Shown: positions 58,341-64,000 of the stretch, one piece after another
Layout: each line of letters opens with the position of its first letter
How positions within the stretch are numbered: position 1 is the first letter of the stretch
Source of the DNA: Candidatus Poribacteria bacterium
GTDB lineage: Bacteria; Poribacteria; WGA-4E; WGA-3G
Assembly (NCBI GenBank): GCA_009843785.1
Contig: VYCT01000339.1
Location: forward strand, 4,228 to 68,227
DNA: 64,000 bases
Direction: 5' to 3'
Translations under genes and position numbers: made by a program
The notes under the pieces: model-generated
The model's database searches: none
What the model was told of the DNA's origin: nothing
What the model saw: only the letters and a program-made list of their open reading frames with translations

Positions 58341-58597
58341 TTAATTTTCTCGTCTGTTAGCATCTCCTCGAGAAGTTTCCAGAAAGACATCGGGATGTGG
58401 GTATGTTGCTCACGCTTTGTTGCCATGTTGCCCTTCGTCGCATTAAAATGCTTTTTGATTTTGCGACAATGCTGAACAGCGGCGTGTACCTCTTCCAAAC
58501 TTACTTTTCCTTCGGATATGTATTCAATTTTCAATTTGGATTGCATCTCACCTCCGCATGGTGACGCTGCCGTGAACGACGCGTCCGGAGCCAACAC
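58337..58597 (-). CDS. Hypothetical small protein between TerL and the portal.
   Basis: ORF overlapping both neighbouring genes by a few nt. Confidence 0.35.
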   Translation of the reverse strand: MLAPDASFTAASPCGGEMQSKLKIEYISEGKVSLEEVHAAVQHCRKIKKHFNATKGNMATKREQHTHIPMSFWKLLEEMLTDEKIK

Positions 58598-59990
58598 TCT
58601 GTTTCTTTTTCAGGCTTTGCACCAAATAACTCGTGCCATCGACACCGTGATTGTCACCCACAGTATCCTCATCGTCCTTATTTGTGCCTTTGCGTTTCTC
58701 GTTGTAGCTCAGACTCAAGAATTCGTCAGTGACTTCGACCGGACGGTATTCGTCTCTGAGGTCTTGATCGGGTGGATGTACCAACCTATCTCGCAAGAAC
58801 ATAAGTGAGGGTTGACCATCGCGTTGAACTTTTAACCGGTCCTGTATCCCCTGAATTTGTGCGATTCTATTTTTTACCGGTTCATTGACACGGAACCCTG
58901 CCCGTTGGAGTTGCTCCACGCCTTCTTGGTCTTCGCTATCAACCGCGGCATACGTGATACGGTCGTAGTGATCGCAGTTATCTTTTATCAACTCTATCAG
59001 TTCAGGCTTGATGAGTCCGGTCTTATAGATTTCCTTGTAAGCGTACAATTTATCGTCTGGCGACCGTGCCCACCAGATCACGCTTGCGGGATTGCGATAC
59101 CCCCAGTCCACACTCAGATACCGTTTCCAGTTCGGCATGATCGTTACATCAACGATATGCGTTTCCGGTTCAAACTTCTGAAAAACTAACCCTTCACCCG
59201 ATGCCCAGAGACCGAGAAACCCACGTTTGAAGCGTAAGCCCTCAAGGTTCTTGAGTTTCTCAACACGCCGTAAACCCGGTACTGTGAACATATCCATTAT
59301 CTTGTTCAGCAGTTTCGGATCGGGGTCGTTCTCAAACGCACGTTTGAACGCTTTCAGTCGATCGGACTTCTGATCGGGAATAATCTCAGGATTGTCCAAA
59401 AACGACATCCTGAAATAGTCCAGTTTTTTGTCCTTCGCCTGTTGGCGAATCCAGTGATGCGGCACATTCGGGTTACAATCACCGACAAGGGTTGCAATCG
59501 GCATCGTGCCGGCACGTTCCGAGACACGGGCTGTGAGTTCGTCCCACGCGTCAAAAGGTACAAGTTCGGCTTGGTTGACAAACCCTGCATCAAAGAAATC
59601 GGATAACAGGTTCTGCGGTTTATCTAACCCGTTCATGTAGATGCGGGTGCCGGTTTCGTATTCAAAGAACTCCGGACGCTCGCCACCAAATCGCGTCACA
59701 CGGGTCGGATTCGGATCATCACGGCTTGTCGGCTTGTATCCCAACAATTTCTCGTAACTCGGAATGATGTTCCGATACACACGGTTCAAACTCCGATGCA
59801 CAAACGTCATTCGGGAGCCGGGATACTTGATTGCCATTGCGTGCATGTAGGCGATGAGACCGTAGGTTTTACCAGCGTCGTAAGTCCCACCAGCGATTTT
59901 CACGCTTGCACGTGTATCCCATAAATCCCACATGCGGGCATACGGACGATAATGCCCATGACCATACCCGATAACAGATCGTTTCTGCAT
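58548..59990 (-). CDS. Terminase large subunit.
   Basis: N-terminal ATPase Walker A block (VKIAGGTYDAGKTYG). C-terminal RNaseH-like nuclease block (YLSVDWGYRNPASVIWWARSPDDKLYAYKEIY). Confidence 0.65.
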   Translation of the reverse strand: MQKRSVIGYGHGHYRPYARMWDLWDTRASVKIAGGTYDAGKTYGLIAYMHAMAIKYPGSRMTFVHRSLNRVYRNIIPSYEKLLGYKPTSRDDPNPTRVTRFGGERPEFFEYETGTRIYMNGLDKPQNLLSDFFDAGFVNQAELVPFDAWDELTARVSERAGTMPIATLVGDCNPNVPHHWIRQQAKDKKLDYFRMSFLDNPEIIPDQKSDRLKAFKRAFENDPDPKLLNKIMDMFTVPGLRRVEKLKNLEGLRFKRGFLGLWASGEGLVFQKFEPETHIVDVTIMPNWKRYLSVDWGYRNPASVIWWARSPDDKLYAYKEIYKTGLIKPELIELIKDNCDHYDRITYAAVDSEDQEGVEQLQRAGFRVNEPVKNRIAQIQGIQDRLKVQRDGQPSLMFLRDRLVHPPDQDLRDEYRPVEVTDEFLSLSYNEKRKGTNKDDEDTVGDNHGVDGTSYLVQSLKKKQSVGSGRVVHGSVTMRR

Positions 59991-59993
59991 GCG

Positions 59994-60644
59994 TCAAACC
60001 GTTATCTCCTTTTCCTCTTCCTCGGAGAGCTCCTCAAGCGTTGGGAAATTATCAATCAGTTGCTTCGTTTCGAGATCGAAACTTCCAATAACGCTGACTT
60101 GCTCCTCAACCGGTGCATCCTTAAGTGCCGCTTTCTGTTTTGCTTCAGTCTTGGCTTTCGCATCCTCTTGCGCTTGACGGCTGTTTGTATCGTAACCGTG
60201 ATGCTCCAGATTCCAGCGTTTCATTAACTTATCGGCGATCATGGTGAGCCACTTGAAGTTCTCGATAAAGAGAAGCTGCTTTTCAAAATCTATCTTGTTG
60301 GAAGCTATGTTTTGGAGTACCCAGACCTGAAAGATCGCTAACACTTCGTCATAGGTATTTATCAGGGTGTTGATGGTTTTCTCGTTGTCCTCCGCTGAGC
60401 GTGCGTCACTGGAAAACTTTTTGCGTCTTTCATGGAACTGTGTTTGTGTGTCTGTGGGGGCATCTGCTAATAGATAAACGCCCCGCTTCGGCCTCTCAAG
60501 GGTGTGATCTTTTGTCAAAATACCGAGTCGTTTTTTTATGTTACCTTCTGTGTGTTGCGGGAGCGCGTCGAAAATTTCGCTCGTACGCATTTTACCTTTT
60601 TCTCTAAGCAACACTACGATATTTTTATCAACTGGACTTGCCAT
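59994..60644 (-). CDS. Winged-helix DNA-binding protein immediately upstream of TerL: a candidate terminase small subunit, or alternatively an iteron-binding Rep/repressor.
   Basis: N-terminal winged-helix (VVLLREKGKMRTSEIFDALPQ...KKRLGILTKDHTLERPKRGVYLL). Acidic C-terminus. Five 22-bp direct repeats lie 13-120 bp upstream of its start. Confidence 0.45.
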   Translation of the reverse strand: MASPVDKNIVVLLREKGKMRTSEIFDALPQHTEGNIKKRLGILTKDHTLERPKRGVYLLADAPTDTQTQFHERRKKFSSDARSAEDNEKTINTLINTYDEVLAIFQVWVLQNIASNKIDFEKQLLFIENFKWLTMIADKLMKRWNLEHHGYDTNSRQAQEDAKAKTEAKQKAALKDAPVEEQVSVIGSFDLETKQLIDNFPTLEELSEEEEKEITV

Positions 60645-60656
60645 TTTTTGTTCCTT

Positions 60657-60779
60657 CGGAGACGGTTTAGATACTTTTTAGAGACGGTTTAGATACCCTT
60701 CGGAGACGGTTTAGATACCCTTCGGAGACGGTTTAGATACTTTTTAGAGACGGTTTAGATACTTTTCAGATATTATCTG
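60657..60779. repeat. Five tandem 22-23-bp direct repeats (C/A)GGAGACGGTTTAGATAC(TTTTT/CCTT), followed by the palindrome CAGATA-T-TATCTG.
   Basis: Seen directly in the sequence. Candidate TerS recognition (pac/cosB-like) repeats, or iterons/operators. Confidence 0.8.
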
Positions 60780-60819
60780 GGCATCGTCAAATGACGAAGC
60801 GAATCTTGCTACTCATAAT

Positions 60820-60900
60820 TATAATGTGGAGCGCGTGGTGTCTATAAGGGGAATTCGGTAGGAAAGCAATACATAAGCAATACATAAACAATACATTTGA
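60820..60900. repeat. Left copy of an ~80-bp imperfect inverted-repeat pair. It contains three CAATACATAA(G/A) tandem units.
   Basis: 'ATAATTATAATGTGGAGCGCGTGGTGTCTATAAGGGGAATTCGGTAGGAAAGCAATACATAAGCAATACATAAACAATAC' is about 90% identical to the reverse complement of 62530-62612. Confidence 0.8.
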
Positions 60901-61093
60901 GAAAATAAGGGGTCAGGGGCGTTGAAAGGATATGCTACTTATGCTATAATATGTATTAGAAGTGTCCAGTGACCAGTGGCCAGTCACCAGTCAATAATTT
61001 GTGTCCGGAACATTTCTTGTCACTGCCACATCACACCTCTTTCACTGGTTACTGGTTACTGGTAACTGGTAACTCCAAAAAAAGGAGACAGCA

Positions 61094-61390
61094 TTGGGAA
61101 CTAACAGACTAAAACCCGTTACTTTTAAGATGACACAGCAGCAACTCGACTGGCTTGAACAGGAGAGCGAAAAAACTGGCTTGAATAAAGTCGAAATCGT
61201 CCGGCGCGCACTCGACGATTATAAAGATGTTCAAGCGGAGAAAGAGAAATCCGAATACTTCACGCCGCAACAACGGCAGAATATCAAAGTAATGGCACGC
61301 ATGCAGTGTATCTCTGAAACAGAGGTAATCCGCAGGGCAGTTAACAGAGAAACCCGTGTTGTGTCAAAATTAAAGAAAAGGAGGACATAG
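61094..61390 (+). CDS. Tandem ribbon-helix-helix (CopG/Arc-like) DNA-binding protein.
   Basis: Two RHH units: KPVTFKMTQQQLDWLEQESEKTGLNKVEIVRRAL and TPQQRQNIKVMARMQCISETEVIRRAV. Confidence 0.5.
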   Translation: MGTNRLKPVTFKMTQQQLDWLEQESEKTGLNKVEIVRRALDDYKDVQAEKEKSEYFTPQQRQNIKVMARMQCISETEVIRRAVNRETRVVSKLKKRRT

Positions 61391-61689
61391 TGGAAAACCG
61401 AATGAACGTCCCGGAAGTCTATGAACCGAAACTCCCAAAGAAGGTAGCGGAATACGTTGCTAAGAAAAAGGCAGCCGCGGAAACCTCGGAAGGGCAGACG
61501 ATCTGGTACCAGTGTGTTGACACACCCCACTATTGGGCGAAAGGTGGGCATAAAGGTTGTGAGCAGGAGGGTACGCTCCAAGTGGAAGCCGTGCTCACGG
61601 ATCCCAATAACGAGGGCGCGCTCATGGTTACCTTTGAAGATAACCGACTCTTTACCATCCAAGACAGCGCAATGCTACCCGCAAAGTAA
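61390..61689 (+). CDS. Hypothetical protein.
   Basis: ORF overlapping the upstream stop (ATGA). Confidence 0.4.
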   Translation: MENRMNVPEVYEPKLPKKVAEYVAKKKAAAETSEGQTIWYQCVDTPHYWAKGGHKGCEQEGTLQVEAVLTDPNNEGALMVTFEDNRLFTIQDSAMLPAK

Positions 61690-61815
61690 AGGTAAGAAGT
61701 TTGCAAGTGTTCTAAAGTTTGTAAGTGCCTAAAGTTAAAAAGAGGTTTCTGACAACTTCTCAACTTTAGTTCACTTTAGATACACTTTACAGACTTTTTT
61801 AAAGGAGACAACACA

Positions 61816-62364
61816 TTGGACGACATCCGCACCCAACTCCCCGAATGCCCGCTCGAGTATGAAGTACCATACATCCCAGCCACACACGCAGCACTCGTTA
61901 TCCGTATCAACGCCGCAGACATCGACTGGCAAGAGAAGATGTTACCTTGGACCCTCGCCAGTCTGATTAACAACACCGATCTCATCATGATAGGTGTACA
62001 TCTCTATATAGTGTGCGAGGACGGAGTCCCCGAAGACCGCATCAAAAACGCACTGAAAAACTTTGACCTACCCGAAAGGTCGATCATTGACTCGGCAGCG
62101 GCAGCAATAGTACTCGTTGAGGATGGACACCACAATAGAACTTACGACGCTGTAGCCACTACGAATATCAACTACTGGGCATTCCGAGATGAGAGCAACA
62201 CCCACAAACTCATCTTCTCAGAATTACGGAGCATCGAGCCGTATCCTTCTATTTCAGAGGTATCCCCAAACCCGATGCTCTATGATATGACGCACTGCAC
62301 ACCGGCGCAATTCCGACACGCCATCAAACACCTCCTGGGCGCACAACTCGCGATGAAGATATGA
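61816..62364 (+). CDS. Hypothetical protein.
   Basis: ORF preceded by AAAGGAGACAACACATTG, the same RBS context as at 61094. Confidence 0.4.
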   Translation: MDDIRTQLPECPLEYEVPYIPATHAALVIRINAADIDWQEKMLPWTLASLINNTDLIMIGVHLYIVCEDGVPEDRIKNALKNFDLPERSIIDSAAAAIVLVEDGHHNRTYDAVATTNINYWAFRDESNTHKLIFSELRSIEPYPSISEVSPNPMLYDMTHCTPAQFRHAIKHLLGAQLAMKI

Positions 62365-62529
62365 GTAGTTACCCGTTTCCAGTTTTCAGTTACCAGTTAC
62401 CAGAAAAGAAAGTTTGCAAATGTTCTAAAGTTTCAAAGTTGCGAAGTTATGAGGCTCCCTCTTTCAACTTTAGCTCACTTTACGGACTTTAGCACACTGG
62501 ACAACTTTACCCCACTGGTCACTGGCGAC

Positions 62530-62612
62530 TGGTAACTGAAAACGTATTGTTTATGTATTGCTTATGTATTGCTTTCCGTCCGAATTCCCCTTATAGACAC
62601 CACCCACGCCAT
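62530..62612. repeat. Right copy of the ~80-bp inverted-repeat pair.
   Basis: It is the reverse complement of 60820-60900, with a few mismatches. Confidence 0.8.
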
Positions 62613-62779
62613 ATTATAATTGACTAAAATAGTCTACGAAAAAGGAAGTTACCAGTAACCAGTTACCAGTAACCAGTAACAAGAGGTTTTTGATAGTTAC
62701 AGGGTTTCCTCTTTAACTGACAACTGAAAGATTTTTTTCGGAGAAAAAAATCGTACTGACAACTGTTAACTATTAAAAG

Positions 62780-63082
62780 ATGGCGAAAGTTATCCTGAAA
62801 ACCGATCAAACCCATACGGCGGATGCCGATATCCTCGGCACGGACGCGTATGGCGAATACCAGCTCTTTTGTGATACCTACACCGCATCGGAGATTTATG
62901 TGCAAGTCCGACGCGAAGGCGGCACTTGGAAAAACGCACGCTACAACGGCAACGACATCAAACTCACAGCGGAAGGTGATGTACTGGATATAACTGTCAA
63001 GAAGGGCTTCGATTACCGGCTCTTCACGGAAACTGCCGGTGCCGAAGTCTGGATCGCGAAAGACGATCCACATGGGAGTTAA
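62780..63082 (+). CDS. Hypothetical protein.
   Basis: ORF with an upstream heptamer-repeat element and the RBS-like AAAAGATGG. Confidence 0.4.
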   Translation: MAKVILKTDQTHTADADILGTDAYGEYQLFCDTYTASEIYVQVRREGGTWKNARYNGNDIKLTAEGDVLDITVKKGFDYRLFTETAGAEVWIAKDDPHGS

Positions 63083-63085
63083 ACG

Positions 63086-63634
63086 ATGATACGTGGCGGA
63101 ATCGTTGGCGGACTTTACGGTAAAGGCGGCGGTGGTGGGAAAAATCCTGTCGCTTACTACTACGGCAAAAGCCAGACCAAACGCGTCGGTCAGAACTATA
63201 CACCCGGCGGAAGTGGGGCCGGTAGGCTCGCTGAATTTAAAGCAACCGCGGATGAAGTTTACGACGGCGGAAAATCCGATCTCCTCACAATCCTTGACGC
63301 CAGCGATGTCGCCAATCTCGATATAACAGGTGCAGCGAATAACACTGTCTTGCAATTCCCCGAAGGACGCTACGACCTCCTGTTTGAAGGCTATTCTGCA
63401 AGCGCGTCCCAGGTTGGATTCAGAGTCGAATTGCGAAAGGTCCAAGCGAACACCGACGACATAGAGATGACACATACGACAGGCTGGACAGGAGGCGCGT
63501 CCCCCGCCAACACAACGTATCATCTCGAATATCCTGATCTTGTCGTTGACGCTACAGAACACTTTTATTTTCTGTTCCCCGTCCACGGCGACCGAGCGAG
63601 AAGCCATTTCCTACGCATCGAGAAAGTCGGGTAG
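63086..63634 (+). CDS. Hypothetical Gly-rich protein (possibly structural).
   Basis: The ORF begins 4 nt after the upstream stop. Its first 12 codons are duplicated at 63648-63683. Confidence 0.4.
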   Translation: MIRGGIVGGLYGKGGGGGKNPVAYYYGKSQTKRVGQNYTPGGSGAGRLAEFKATADEVYDGGKSDLLTILDASDVANLDITGAANNTVLQFPEGRYDLLFEGYSASASQVGFRVELRKVQANTDDIEMTHTTGWTGGASPANTTYHLEYPDLVVDATEHFYFLFPVHGDRARSHFLRIEKVG

Positions 63635-63783
63635 GCGGCGGGGCAAATGATACGTGGCGAGATCGTTGGTGGGCTTTACGTCTGAATTCAAAACCTGTAG
63701 CCCGTAATGAAATGGAGGGCGGCTCTACGGAGATGCACTTCATTTATCAAATTGACTTGACCGAACCGCAAGGAAAATTAAAA

Positions 63784-64000
63784 ATGAAAGAACGCATCTC
63801 TTCAAATGTACCGAGACAGACGAAGCTACGCGTCCAGAAAGCCGCGAAGGCGTTAGGGCTTTCAGAATCCAAATTCATCGAGCAAGCCGTCGCAACCGAT
63901 CTCGATAAACTCAATATACGGATGCAAACGCACGAGGCACGCAGACAACGCGACTGTTTTAAAGCGAAATACAAAGAGGCCCAGGAGCACCTCACCGCGG
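63784..64000 (+). CDS. Ribbon-helix-helix (CopG/ParD-like) protein, 3'-partial at the window end.
   Basis: MKERISSNVPRQTKLRVQKAAKALGLSESKFIEQAV fits a beta-strand followed by helices. It is preceded by the same ~75-bp element as ORF 45039. Confidence 0.45.
   Translation, partial: MKERISSNVPRQTKLRVQKAAKALGLSESKFIEQAVATDLDKLNIRMQTHEARRQRDCFKAKYKEAQEHLTA

Noticed and set aside
60657-60779. Possible CRISPR array (regular direct repeats).
   Set aside because: The units are contiguous 22-bp repeats with no unique spacers of uniform length and no cas genes. The heptamer arrays elsewhere likewise lack spacers. Not CRISPR.
62663-63607. 314-aa minus-strand ORF.
   Set aside because: It is antisense to two well-supported plus-strand ORFs (62780..63082, 63086..63634) that have RBSs and coupled starts. 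It has no RBS, and its codon usage looks like that of mirror frames. Likely spurious.

Overview
The window has two parts. Positions 1-33.7 kb are cellular, chromosome-like DNA from a bacterium rich in secreted repeat proteins. They hold: (i) a 5'-truncated BNR/Asp-box repeat protein; (ii) a tandem array of three DUF1080/LamG-like jelly-roll paralogs interleaved with five TolB-like PD40 beta-propeller paralogs, all sharing an unusual C-terminal tail motif ('SVSP..K.TT.WG.LK'); (iii) a 1008-aa ECF sigma factor fused through a transmembrane helix to a BNR-repeat ectodomain; (iv) a WD40/dockerin/T9SS-CTD protein; (v) housekeeping enzymes (pyridine-nucleotide disulfide oxidoreductase, D-aminoacylase, Gfo/Idh/MocA oxidoreductase); (vi) three tandem secreted paralogs of unknown function; (vii) a heme-biosynthesis cluster (hemB, hemL, polyprenyl synthase, SirC-like precorrin-2 dehydrogenase, CcsA/HemX-like protein, hemA); (viii) a frameshifted IS630-family insertion that truncated a protease paralog; and (ix) a trypsin-like protease with dockerin repeats and a T9SS/FlgD-like C-terminal domain. 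Positions 33.7-64 kb are a temperate phage or phage-plasmid-like mobile element. It carries a ParA/ParG(RHH) partition module with heptamer arrays, a lower-GC defense island (Mrr type IV restriction enzyme, a possible restriction endonuclease, an N6/N4 DNA methyltransferase with a C-terminal HNH nuclease domain, a putative HEPN protein) next to a short tyrosine recombinase, many small early genes, and a minus-strand late module. The late module runs winged-helix TerS-like protein, TerL, portal, prohead protease/scaffold, decoration-like protein, putative major capsid protein, T4-type lysozyme with holin-like proteins, a membrane-anchored thermonuclease and an outer-membrane beta-barrel protein. 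No tail genes were recognised. The element's intergenic regions are packed with composite repeats (inverted arms of tandem TNACTGG heptamers around AAGAGG..CCTCTT cores), five 22-bp direct repeats upstream of the TerS-like gene, and an ~80-bp inverted-repeat pair bracketing a 1.7-kb module. All calls rest on motif recognition by eye; no database searches were run.
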